A stretch of DNA of 64,000 nt. It comes from Candidatus Aenigmatarchaeota archaeon (GTDB taxonomy: Archaea; Aenigmatarchaeota; Aenigmatarchaeia; CG10238-14; SCSR01). The stretch's first letter is position 1, and the number at the start of each line of letters is the position of its first letter. Below, in pieces: positions 9,925-19,240 of this stretch. The stretch lies in the NCBI GenBank assembly GCA_038999725.1, contig JAWBWS010000002.1:133135-197134 (forward strand), given 5' to 3'. The notes under the pieces are model-generated. The model ran no database searches, was not told where the DNA came from, and saw nothing but the letters and a program-made list of their open reading frames with translations. A program made the translations under genes and the position numbers.

Positions 9925-10022
9925 ACAAAGTTTTCTTCAAGTAACGATCCACATTCCCCACATACCAAGCCTTCTAGGCTATGGATAAGTTTTTCACTGC
10001 CACACTCTGGACATGCTTTCAT
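9921..10022 (-). CDS. Unannotated 33-aa stand-alone TFIIB-type zinc-ribbon micro-protein
   Basis: Hand translation: MKACPECGSEKLIHSLEGLVCGECGSLLEENFV*. CPxCG...LVCxxCGxxxEEN pattern matches the TFB N-terminal ribbon. No in-frame upstream start before a stop. Confidence 0.8.
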   Translation of the reverse strand: MKACPECGSEKLIHSLEGLVCGECGSLLEENFV

Positions 10023-10186
10023 ACTATCTCTGATTAAAAGAGAACCAATCTGTCTTAAATGCTTTACTGTTCTATAAATGTTGTTTCAGAGTTGATAGTT
10101 TTGTTACAATTATGAAGTAAAAAAACAAAATGAAAATTTAAAAAAGTTGGAATAAACTTAAAATTGAGAAAACACAAGGTTAAATT

Positions 10187-11986
10187 ATGACATTGAAAAT
10201 TGTACCAGATACAAGTGTGATAATTCATGGAAATTTGTCTCAGATGCTTGAAAGTGGAAAATTGAAAGATTGTGAGGTAGTCATACCTATAGCTGTTTTA
10301 GATGAATTGCAAGCACAAGCGTCAAAAGGAAGAGATGTTGGCTTTATTGGTCTTGATGAATTGAAAAAAATAAGAAAATTGTGTGAAGAGAAGAAAATAA
10401 AAATAAAATTTGCTGGAGAAAGACCAACTCTGGAAGAAATCAAACTTGCTAAATCAGGAAGAATTGACGCCCTAATTAGGGATGTTGCAAAGGCCGAAGG
10501 TGGTAAACTATTGACAGCAGATTACGTGCAAGCACTAGTTGCTGAAGCTGAAGGAATTCTTGTTGAATATATTGCACAAGAAATAAAAACAACTGGTTTG
10601 AAATTTGAGAAATTTTTCACTCCCGATACACTAAGTGTACATTTAAAAGAGGGTGTAGCTCCTCTTGCAAAGCGAGGAAAGCCAGGAAAGTTTGAACTTG
10701 TGAAAATTGGAGAAGAAAAACTTACAGTTGAAGAAATAGAAAGCATGATTAAGGAAATATTAGAAGCCGCTAGAGTAAGTGAAGAGGGGCGTGTGGAGAT
10801 AGCAAGTTCGGGAGCAATGGTTCTGCAACTTGGTGAATATAGGATAGCAATAGCCAGGCCACCATTTTCCGATGGTCTTGAGTTAACTATAGTAAGGCCA
10901 ATAGTCAAATTGAAACTTGAAGATTACAAGCTTTCAGAAAAATTGATGAGAAGATTGAAAGAAAGGGCAGAGGGCATTTTAATTGCGGGTCCACCTGGCT
11001 CCGGTAAAACTACTTTTGCAAGTAGTATAGCTGAATTTTACATGGAACAAGGAAAGATAGTTAAGACCTTAGAGAGTCCAAAAGATCTACAAGTTGGACC
11101 AGAAATTACACAATATGGTCCTCTGGAAGGAGATTTTGAGAAGACTGCCGACATCTTGCTCTTGGTGAGACCGGATTATTCTGTGTATGATGAGGTGAGA
11201 AAAACTAAAGATTTTGAGATATTTGCTGATATGCGTCTTGCTGGTGTTGGCATGATTGGTGTGGTACATGCAAGCGATGCTATAGATGCAATACAAAGAT
11301 TTATAATGAGGACTGAGCTTGGAATGATTCCTCATATTATTGATACAGTTATCTTCATAAAAGATGGGGAAATCAAGAAAGTTTATGAGTTGAATTTAAC
11401 GGTTCGTGTACCAAGTGGCATGACAGAAGCCGACTTAGCAAGACCTTTAGTTGAGATTAGGGATTTTGAAACCGGAAAGCTTGAATATGAAATCTACAGT
11501 TTTGGTGAAGAGAATGTTGTTGTACCTGTAGCTGCGCAAGAGCATTCACCTTTGAAAAAATTAGCCATTGAGAGGGTAAAGCAAGAAATAGAAAAATTTG
11601 ATCCAAAGGCTGAGGTTGAGCTTATTTCTGAAAATAAATGTGTGGTGAGAGTTAATAATAGTGTTATACCAAAATTAATTGGAAAAGATGGGACAACCAT
11701 CTCAGCAATTGAGAAGAAACTTGGTTTACATATAGAAGTTGAACCAAAAATCCCTGCAATAGGGAGGGAAGTTGAGTTCGAAGTTAAAGAAACTGGTAAT
11801 AGCATAGAGTTTAATTTTGAAAGAAGATTTGTGGGGAAAGTCGCAAGCTTCTATATTGACGACAAGTTTCTTTTTTCTGCAACTGTTGGAAAAAAATCAA
11901 AAATTAAAGTGAGTAAGTCTTCTGATATAGGGAGAGAATTGTTAAAAGCTATCTTGAATAAAAGAAAAATTAAAGTTTTGATATAA
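10187..11986 (+). CDS. PIN-domain P-loop ATPase with KH domain (PINA / MJ1533 family)
   Basis: N-terminal PIN (VPDTSVII), Walker A GPPGSGKTT, RPDYSVYDEVR, C-terminal KH (LIGKDG). Confidence 0.92.
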   Translation: MTLKIVPDTSVIIHGNLSQMLESGKLKDCEVVIPIAVLDELQAQASKGRDVGFIGLDELKKIRKLCEEKKIKIKFAGERPTLEEIKLAKSGRIDALIRDVAKAEGGKLLTADYVQALVAEAEGILVEYIAQEIKTTGLKFEKFFTPDTLSVHLKEGVAPLAKRGKPGKFELVKIGEEKLTVEEIESMIKEILEAARVSEEGRVEIASSGAMVLQLGEYRIAIARPPFSDGLELTIVRPIVKLKLEDYKLSEKLMRRLKERAEGILIAGPPGSGKTTFASSIAEFYMEQGKIVKTLESPKDLQVGPEITQYGPLEGDFEKTADILLLVRPDYSVYDEVRKTKDFEIFADMRLAGVGMIGVVHASDAIDAIQRFIMRTELGMIPHIIDTVIFIKDGEIKKVYELNLTVRVPSGMTEADLARPLVEIRDFETGKLEYEIYSFGEENVVVPVAAQEHSPLKKLAIERVKQEIEKFDPKAEVELISENKCVVRVNNSVIPKLIGKDGTTISAIEKKLGLHIEVEPKIPAIGREVEFEVKETGNSIEFNFERRFVGKVASFYIDDKFLFSATVGKKSKIKVSKSSDIGRELLKAILNKRKIKVLI

Positions 11987-11994
11987 TTGAGGCT

Positions 11995-12729
11995 TCAGAT
12001 TTTAATCAATTTTGCGTAGGTGAGAAGTTTTGGACCCTTTCTTGTTAGCAGAACATCGTTTTCAATTCTACAACCACCTATTCCCTTGATGTAAACAGCC
12101 GGTTCTATTGTGAACACCATATTTTCTTGAAATCTTATTTCTTTCAACCTTTCCAATTTCTTTTTATTCTTTTTGCTTAACTTCCTCAGCTTCTCCTTTG
12201 GTATACCAATTGTAGGAAGCTCATGAATTTTCAACCCAACACCATGGCCAAGGGAGTGTTGCATTCTCAAGCCTTGCTTCCTCAAAAAATTGTCAACTTT
12301 TTCAAAAAGTTGGAAACAGGGGAGACCAACTTTGATAGATTTCAAGGCTAGTTTATAAGCTTTCATCACGGCTTTAACCATTTTCTCCTCCCTCTTCCTA
12401 ATTTTTCCTTTGATGAAAGGTATAGTAACATCTGTTTTGTAACCTTTGTAAGAAGCGCCAAAGTCAATATATCCCAAGCCAGAAATCATCCTGTTTGTTG
12501 CTTTAGGTTTAGGGTGAATCTTTGCAGCTCTTTTGCCACAAGCAACTATTGTTTGAAAAGCAAGTTTAGCTCCTTGAGAATAAATTTTTCTCCTAATGGC
12601 TTTGGCTATTTCTTTTTCCTTAACTTTTTCTTTTTTCAGTAAAGCCTCAATTAAAGGTAAACAAGAATTGGAAATTTCGGCAGACTTCTTAAGAAGCTTT
12701 ATCTCTTCTTTCGTTTTAATCATGCCCAT
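11995..12729 (-). CDS. M24 family metallopeptidase (Xaa-Pro peptidase-like, catalytic domain only)
   Basis: IKTKEEI start; ligands IDFG, TDVT, HSLGHGVGLKIHE, TIEP, RIEND. Confidence 0.88.
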   Translation of the reverse strand: MGMIKTKEEIKLLKKSAEISNSCLPLIEALLKKEKVKEKEIAKAIRRKIYSQGAKLAFQTIVACGKRAAKIHPKPKATNRMISGLGYIDFGASYKGYKTDVTIPFIKGKIRKREEKMVKAVMKAYKLALKSIKVGLPCFQLFEKVDNFLRKQGLRMQHSLGHGVGLKIHELPTIGIPKEKLRKLSKKNKKKLERLKEIRFQENMVFTIEPAVYIKGIGGCRIENDVLLTRKGPKLLTYAKLIKI

Positions 12730-12732
12730 GAG

Positions 12733-13839
12733 CTACACTATCTTTCCGTTCTTCATCAAAAGCTTGCCATCGACATAAACTTCTCCATGCCTCATGTCCT
12801 TGAAGAAATCCCAATGAATTGTAGAGTCATTTTTCCCGCCAAAATGTTTGTTATGACCTAATGCGAAATGGATTGTGCCTCTAATCTTTTCATCAACTAT
12901 TGTCATTCCTCCAGTAGATTTTGCTCTCGGGTTCGTGCCGATTGCAAATTCCCCTATCTTGTCCTTATCACCAGAAGCATGTTTAAAAACATCTTCAAAA
13001 TTCTCTTTCCCCTTCTCAATCTCGTAATCTACAACTCTTCCCTTTTCAAACTTAAACCAAACACCCTCAACTTGTTTCCCATAGTGCCACATGCAAGGTA
13101 AATCAAAATAAATTTCTCCATTAACAGAGTTTTCAACTGGTGGACAAAAAACTTCACCATCAGGTAGATTCACATAACCAATCTCTCCTTTTTTTGTTAC
13201 AAGTCCACAAGCGTTTATGAATTTTCTTCCCTTAACAGAAAATTCTAAATCTGTTCTTTCTCCAATTACCCTGATGTTATTGGCATTTTTAAGTTTTTGA
13301 ATTATTTTCTTGTTATATTCATAAATTTTCTCATAGTCAGCTTTCATAGCATCCCAGAAGATTTTTTCCAATTTTTTAAAAGGTATTTCAAGTGCTTCCG
13401 CTATTTCTTCTGTTGGGAAGCCTATCAAAGCAGCTTTCATCTCCTTCTTTTTTTGCCTTCTTTCTTCTATCTCTTTTATTGGCTTTACAGTTTTTCTCCT
13501 TATCTCGATTTTATATTGAGGAAGCTTCCTTGCAATAAAGGGGTTTGTATCATCTATCACAATTTTCGCATCAACAAGCCTAGAAAGAGCATCTGCAAGC
13601 TTTGGCCATTGTTTTAAATATTTGATTTTGATTACCTTGTAGATTTTAAAGTTCAACTCATCACTTCCATAAGTTATTGTTGGTTGTGCTCCAACTTTTG
13701 CCGCTTCTAGAGCTAAAGCTTCTGCAAATTTTAAGGATTTGGGACCGCAAGAAATTAAGGTTACTTCTTTTTCTTTTACAGCTAAGTTTATGTTTATCAC
13801 ACTTTTTGCAATCTTTTGCATTTCTTTTTCCGAAAGCAT
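12733..13839 (-). CDS. M29 family aminopeptidase (AmpS/aminopeptidase T-like)
   Basis: NLPDGEVF, GEFAIGTN, DEKIRGTIHFALG, STIHWD. ATG at 13839 used because the track start (13884) overlaps the tRNA. Confidence 0.9.
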   Translation of the reverse strand: MLSEKEMQKIAKSVININLAVKEKEVTLISCGPKSLKFAEALALEAAKVGAQPTITYGSDELNFKIYKVIKIKYLKQWPKLADALSRLVDAKIVIDDTNPFIARKLPQYKIEIRRKTVKPIKEIEERRQKKKEMKAALIGFPTEEIAEALEIPFKKLEKIFWDAMKADYEKIYEYNKKIIQKLKNANNIRVIGERTDLEFSVKGRKFINACGLVTKKGEIGYVNLPDGEVFCPPVENSVNGEIYFDLPCMWHYGKQVEGVWFKFEKGRVVDYEIEKGKENFEDVFKHASGDKDKIGEFAIGTNPRAKSTGGMTIVDEKIRGTIHFALGHNKHFGGKNDSTIHWDFFKDMRHGEVYVDGKLLMKNGKIV

Positions 13840-13869
13840 AATATTAATTAAGAGTTGTATAAAATTTAA

Positions 13870-13979
13870 GCCCTCGTAGCTCAACTTGGATAGAGCAGCG
13901 GCTTAAGATTATCTGCCGAACCTAAGCCGTTAAGATTTTACTCTCGGCAAGGTTGGGGGTTCAAATCCCCTCGAGGGCA
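13870..13979 (+). tRNA. tRNA-Arg(CCU) with two non-canonical introns (13905-13920 at 33/34; 13932-13950 at 44/45)
   Basis: Acceptor GCCCTCG/CGAGGGC-A, D stem GCTC/GAGC with A20, T arm GGGGG-TTCAAAT-CCCCT. Removing both BHB-defined introns gives GCGGC-TTCCTAA-GCCGT and a 75-nt tRNA. CCA not encoded. Confidence 0.9.
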
Positions 13980-14260
13980 CTTAACTGATACTCTTGTAAT
14001 ACTATCTTCAGCTCACGTTCTATGAAATCGAGAGTGTACTCTTTCTACTTTACATATCAACAATGGTATATTATCTTGCCAGACAGTAAACTACATCTAT
14101 AAAGGTATTGCATAGCTAACTGTTTTTGGATATAATTTTAAATGTTTTCTATGACTACAACAAAACAATCTAGGAAAATCCAGTCAGATCTTAACTTTTG
14201 GGAAATGTGAAATTCTCTATTAAGATTTAGTATTTAAGTATTTTTCACTCTGCTTTCAAT

Positions 14261-14854
14261 TCATGACTTCAATGCTTCAGCTATCATTCTACCAAACTGG
14301 CTTGCTGCTTCTGGCCCTTTGGCTGTTATTATCTTCCCATCAACAGTAACAAGTTCTCCCGTGTAGTTTGCACCTTTTGCTTTCAAATTGCTTGCCTCAC
14401 TTGGAAAAGAAGTTGCATGTTTTCCCTCCAGAATTCCCGCGTTAGCTAGAATGGAAGGAGCTATACAAATAGCTCCAATAACCTTTCCTTGCTCATAAGT
14501 CTCTCTTGCTATCCTTAAAGCTGTTGAATCATTAAAGTAAATTTCAGCTCCTGTTCCACCAACAAAAATTATTGCATCGTAATTTTTTACATCAACTTCA
14601 CTCAAATCGAGGTCGATGGTTACACTTGTACCAAGCATGCCATTTGCTATTTCAACATCTTTTGAAGCTATTTTAATTTGTGCCCCAGCCTTTTCCAGAA
14701 TTTCTTTTGGCTTTAACAATTCTTCATCCCTGAAATTAGTAGGCGCTACTATCATCAAAACCTTCTTTCCTTCCAAATTTGGCATTCTCCTCTCCACACA
14801 ACCTGCAATTAAAATTGCTGCCATGATGATAAAAAACCAAACAAGCTTCATCAA
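14261..14854 (-). CDS. DJ-1/PfpI family protein with N-terminal lipoprotein-like signal
   Basis: FRDEE, YDAIIFVGGTG, nucleophile elbow GAICIAP, IITAKGP; N-terminal hydrophobic stretch ending in LIAGC. Confidence 0.88.
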   Translation of the reverse strand: MMKLVWFFIIMAAILIAGCVERRMPNLEGKKVLMIVAPTNFRDEELLKPKEILEKAGAQIKIASKDVEIANGMLGTSVTIDLDLSEVDVKNYDAIIFVGGTGAEIYFNDSTALRIARETYEQGKVIGAICIAPSILANAGILEGKHATSFPSEASNLKAKGANYTGELVTVDGKIITAKGPEAASQFGRMIAEALKS

Positions 14855-14926
14855 TTTAAAAAGGAAAAAGCTTGAATAAATCCTTTTTGGTCATGTTTTT
14901 TTATCTAAAAAATAGAAATATTTTTA

Positions 14927-17900
14927 ATGAGAAATATGAAAACTATACTATTTTTGATTTTTATCTTATTAATGTTAACTTTCTTTTCTCTTGTTTATGG
15001 TGTAAGTTTTGATATTGTCCCAAACAAAACCAGTTGTAGGAGTGGAGCCAACAACTGGAAGTTCAATTTCACTATTAACAATACAAACTCAACAGCAAGT
15101 ATAATTCAGCTTAAGATAACTTTGCCAGATGAATTTGAATTTATTAGTGACAGTAGCTCCACCAACACAATATCAAATTTCAATTATGAGTCGGGAAATT
15201 TGAGCTGGAGTAATAGTACTGGTTTGATAGATGCAAACTCATCTGCTTGGTTTTCTTTTAACCTTAGTATACCTCTCATCTTTAGAACTGTAAACTTCAC
15301 CTTTACCATATTAGATAACTCTAGCATCACTAATATAACAAATGTTTCTGTTGCTGTTATACCAGAAACAGTGAGTTCAAGTAGAGAATTTGGCTTAATT
15401 CCAAAAATCGTCTATCTCAATTGGACAAACAATTATCAAACCAACCTTTCTGTTTTATCAAACTCTTCTTTCAATATTTCTGTTATTTTTGCCAATGGAA
15501 CCAGGGTATCGGAAAACTATTCTCAAGAATATTCGAGAGTCTACATCCGTGTGAAAAACAACACAAATGAATTTGCCACTATAAATTTCTTACCTTCCTT
15601 TGGTAACACAAACTACACTTTACTCGAATATTGTTATGAAACTGGAGGATGGGGGGCATGTAAACCTGGAAGATATTTTGGTATCTTTACAGTAAAAAAC
15701 TCTTCAAATTCAAGTGAGAATGCAAGCTTGGAGGTAATAGTTGACCTTCCCGTAAACCTAAATCTACAAATGCCTGGCTATTTCAATGGTGAAATGCCTG
15801 CAAATGCAACTCAATACCATTCCTTCTATTTTAATACTTCAGATATGAATGCTACAAGTATAACCTTAAACTTGAATTTTAGTGTTGGGGATTTGGATGT
15901 TTTCTTGCTTACAAATGAGCCACAACCAAAGCTTCTTACAAAATCCATAAACAAAGAGGGGCGGGAGAGTTTAACATACAATTTCATCAACAATATCGCA
16001 ATGTTTGAAATAAGGATTTATGGTAATTCATCCTCAAAGATTTCTTATAATGGGAGTGTGATCTTGCTAGCACTAAATTCAAGTGAGCATGAATTTGATT
16101 TTGGTGTTCAAAATGTTAGTGGAGCTCCCATAACCAAAATTTTTAACTTAACTAACGAAGGAAATATTCCAATTGAAATTGTAGAGGAAAAAAGTGAGAT
16201 GTTCTATGTGAAAAGATTTGAAGGAAATGGCCAGCAAAATTTCACTTTCTTCTTACCAGATTCTTCCATCATACCAACACTTAAGGTTAAACTCAATTGG
16301 AAGGGAGAAGGGGCTTACAATCTCACACTTTTCAACCCAGATGGTATTGAAGTTGGAAATTCTTCCAACAAATATAAAAATGCTGAGATGTGTAAAGTGG
16401 AGAAAGAAGAATTCATAGAAGCAAGTAATTCAGAAAAAGTTGGTTTATGGAGGGTTGAAGTTAAAAATGTCACAACAGAAACTCCGGATTACACTCTCAC
16501 AATTCAAGCCTTTGTTAATTCAACTAAATGGATAAAAACAAACTTCTCAGAGTATATAAATAAAACTTTCAATACTGTTGGGGAAGAAAATTCAACAAAA
16601 ACCATAGAGCTTAATTTTACAATCCCAGAAGAAGTTGTTAATGGAGTTTATGAAGGTTTTTTGAGTTACAAAGCCAGTAATGGTGGAAAAATAAAAATTC
16701 CAATCAAGGTCAATGTCACCACTCCAATGCTTGTGGTTGATAATACCTTAAGAAGAAAGGAAATTCTTATATTGGAAAATTATCGTACAAACTTAACTAA
16801 AACATTTTATATAAACATAAGTAATTTTGGTGATCATAAATTAACCACAACATTCCTTAATTCTTCAAGATTAAGATGTGTTGATTGTTCTTACTTTGTA
16901 GACTTAAGTTTTAATAAAACAGCAGAAATTCAACCTCACACTTCAAATTTGATTGAAGTTAATGTTACTTTAAACAGCTCAATACCGAAGAGTTTATATG
17001 AAGGTTGGATTTATATTAATTCTACTCACCCGACAGATTCTAACTTAACAAGCCATCCTTACGCAAGCTTCAACATTTCCATAAAATTAAACCTCACAGA
17101 CAGATGGAATGTCACCATAGTAGATTTGATAAGTGGAGACTATGGAAACAATACTGTTAATGTTTCTTCAAAAGAAAGTTGGGTTAATGTAAGTTTTTTA
17201 ATTCAGTATGTGAATGGTACAAATGTAAAGGCTGACACAGTCTTCAGTCTCGACAATATAACAAATGTCTGGTTATTTGAACCAAATGCCTCCTATTTTG
17301 TTAGGAATCTTGTATTTAAAAATATAACTCCACCAAAAGCAACTCTACCGACTACTGATATTTGGACTATTAACTTAACAATTCCAAAAAAAGTACCAGG
17401 TGGGAGATATTATATTCACATAAACCTTACCTCAGAAAATCTCACCTCCAATCCATCAGATGTTTATAGGGGCGAAAGCCTTGATGACCCTATAAACAAG
17501 ATGCTAATAGTTGATGATATGGGATTGTTGATGAGCCTAATTGAATATCCATCGGAATTGACAAAGGGAAGTAGTGGAATAGTTAATGTGAGTATAAAGA
17601 ATCTTGGACCGAAAGAAGCTAGTAACGCTCAAATTACGCTTGAAAAATGTAGCTCTATAGGTAATGTAGCTTTCTTGAACTCAAGTTGTATTAGAGTTGG
17701 AAGCCCCTCCGAGAAAGTTAATTTCACACTTTCAGCTTACAATTACACTGGATGCTATATTGCATGGGGAATAACAGCCAATACAACAGGGGCTTGTAGA
17801 GTAGGGATAAATGGAACTTCTGGTCTTTGGTTTGGCAATTTGTCTTTTGATATAACGATTACATCACCTCCAGGAGAAATTACCACAACTACTACAATCC

Positions 17901-18601
17901 CGACTACAACTACAACTACAACGAGTACTACTACAACTACAACGAGTACTACAATTCCTCTTCCGCCACAAACAAATTTCACCACAACAATTCCAAAAAT
18001 AACACCAGATTCGCCTGCTGTTTTAAATGTCCATCAACCCAATATCCTAAAAATCAAAAGGATAACAATATTTGTGAAGAAAAATGTGAGTAATGTGATG
18101 GTAAATGTTAAAGAGGGAGTGAAATCAAGTGATATTCCCTTGCCGGTAAAAATACAGGACGGTCTTGTTTTCAAATATTTGGAAATTTCACATAATATAA
18201 GTGAAAATGATATAGCAAGTGTTAGCATAGATTTCCAAGTTGAAAAGTCTTGGATAATTGAAAATAACATAGACGCTTCAACCGTACATCTTTACAGGTT
18301 CTTCAACAATAGTTGGGAAAAGCTTCAAACAACAAAAATTAATGAAACTTCAGATACCTATGAATTCAGAGCTATTTCTCCTGGTCTTTCTCTTTTTGCC
18401 ATAATTGGAAATTGGGCAACAAGCTCCATGACTTGGATTATCCTTTTAGCCCTCGGAATAATAGTTGCTGGAATATTAGCCTTCCTATTTTGGCCAACTG
18501 AAGAAAAACCTATCATTAAGGAAAGGGAGGAGATTCAAAAACCCTGGGAAGAGTTGAGGAAAAAATGGGAAGAGTTGAAAAAGAAAAAAAGGTCTAGCTA
18601 A
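14927..18601 (+). CDS. Large cell-surface glycoprotein with PPC-like beta domains, Thr-rich linker, PGF-pre-PGF domain and C-terminal TM anchor
   Basis: Signal peptide, very many N-x-S/T sequons, poly-Thr tract, ...WEKLQT...AISPGLSLFAI (PGF-pre-PGF), TM helix then a charged tail. Confidence 0.8.
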   Translation: MRNMKTILFLIFILLMLTFFSLVYGVSFDIVPNKTSCRSGANNWKFNFTINNTNSTASIIQLKITLPDEFEFISDSSSTNTISNFNYESGNLSWSNSTGLIDANSSAWFSFNLSIPLIFRTVNFTFTILDNSSITNITNVSVAVIPETVSSSREFGLIPKIVYLNWTNNYQTNLSVLSNSSFNISVIFANGTRVSENYSQEYSRVYIRVKNNTNEFATINFLPSFGNTNYTLLEYCYETGGWGACKPGRYFGIFTVKNSSNSSENASLEVIVDLPVNLNLQMPGYFNGEMPANATQYHSFYFNTSDMNATSITLNLNFSVGDLDVFLLTNEPQPKLLTKSINKEGRESLTYNFINNIAMFEIRIYGNSSSKISYNGSVILLALNSSEHEFDFGVQNVSGAPITKIFNLTNEGNIPIEIVEEKSEMFYVKRFEGNGQQNFTFFLPDSSIIPTLKVKLNWKGEGAYNLTLFNPDGIEVGNSSNKYKNAEMCKVEKEEFIEASNSEKVGLWRVEVKNVTTETPDYTLTIQAFVNSTKWIKTNFSEYINKTFNTVGEENSTKTIELNFTIPEEVVNGVYEGFLSYKASNGGKIKIPIKVNVTTPMLVVDNTLRRKEILILENYRTNLTKTFYINISNFGDHKLTTTFLNSSRLRCVDCSYFVDLSFNKTAEIQPHTSNLIEVNVTLNSSIPKSLYEGWIYINSTHPTDSNLTSHPYASFNISIKLNLTDRWNVTIVDLISGDYGNNTVNVSSKESWVNVSFLIQYVNGTNVKADTVFSLDNITNVWLFEPNASYFVRNLVFKNITPPKATLPTTDIWTINLTIPKKVPGGRYYIHINLTSENLTSNPSDVYRGESLDDPINKMLIVDDMGLLMSLIEYPSELTKGSSGIVNVSIKNLGPKEASNAQITLEKCSSIGNVAFLNSSCIRVGSPSEKVNFTLSAYNYTGCYIAWGITANTTGACRVGINGTSGLWFGNLSFDITITSPPGEITTTTTIPTTTTTTTSTTTTTTSTTIPLPPQTNFTTTIPKITPDSPAVLNVHQPNILKIKRITIFVKKNVSNVMVNVKEGVKSSDIPLPVKIQDGLVFKYLEISHNISENDIASVSIDFQVEKSWIIENNIDASTVHLYRFFNNSWEKLQTTKINETSDTYEFRAISPGLSLFAIIGNWATSSMTWIILLALGIIVAGILAFLFWPTEEKPIIKEREEIQKPWEELRKKWEELKKKKRSS
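17909..17950 (+). repeat. Perfect 21-bp tandem duplication within the poly-Thr linker
   Basis: actacaactacaacgagtact occurs at 17909-17929 and 17930-17950, inside a wider act/aca tract. Confidence 0.9.
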
Positions 18602-18762
18602 ATCTTCACGCCTTCCAAGATTTTTATCTGAGATTCTATTTTTGCAAGCTCTTCTTTCAATTTTTCTTTTGTCTCAAAATTTCTGGTTGAAGCTATCTTA
18701 CTACTTATCTCTGCCCTCTTGGCCTTAAGCCTCTCTATCTCAATTTCCACATCGCCTATCAT
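18598..18762 (-). CDS. Unannotated 54-aa coiled-coil protein
   Basis: Hand translation: MIGDVEIEIERLKAKRAEISSKIASTRNFETKEKLKEELAKIESQIKILEGVKI*. Starts 4 nt after the upstream stop and fills the gap exactly. Confidence 0.75.
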   Translation of the reverse strand: MIGDVEIEIERLKAKRAEISSKIASTRNFETKEKLKEELAKIESQIKILEGVKI

Positions 18763-18766
18763 ACTG

Positions 18767-19192
18767 TTACCTTGAAGAAATTGTGAAAAGCTCGTAAACT
18801 TTTAGTGTTATTTTGCTCTTGAACTCTGGTTCAAGGGAAGCCAGCTGCTCAAAATTTTCTGCATCTAGAACTTTTCCCATAATTTCTTTTGTGCTTTCCA
18901 CAATTTTTTCAACAGCTTTCGCATCTAGATTTACATACCTTGAAATCACAAGTGAGATTATTTTATCCATGTTGCTGAGAATTGCAGTTTTATGGCCTTC
19001 GAGGAAATTTTTCTCGAGAGAAGAAGAGTTTAGTTGTCTTTTTATCTCAATTATCCTACCCACAAACTTCAAATCTTTATACTTGAATATGGTGAAGTCA
19101 CAGAAATTGTTTCTGAAGCGTTTTGCATCTAAAAGCTCTTGAGTTGCTATACACAAGCCTATCGGCATCAAATCGCTAATGGTTAAAACCAT
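18767..19192 (-). CDS. Hypothetical alpha-helical protein
   Basis: 141-aa ORF with normal composition, divergent from infB; no motif recognised. Confidence 0.7.
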   Translation of the reverse strand: MVLTISDLMPIGLCIATQELLDAKRFRNNFCDFTIFKYKDLKFVGRIIEIKRQLNSSSLEKNFLEGHKTAILSNMDKIISLVISRYVNLDAKAVEKIVESTKEIMGKVLDAENFEQLASLEPEFKSKITLKVYELFTISSR

Positions 19193-19240
19193 TATTATCT
19201 ATTATTTAAATGTATTTTAAAATTGATTAAGGTGAGGAAG

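Noticed and set aside
13980..14260. Possible integrated-element remnant downstream of tRNA-Arg(CCU)
   Set aside because: No duplicated tRNA 3' end, integrase or credible ORF found.
17755..17985. Poly-Val ORF resembling a membrane peptide
   Set aside because: Reverse complement of the poly-Thr linker.
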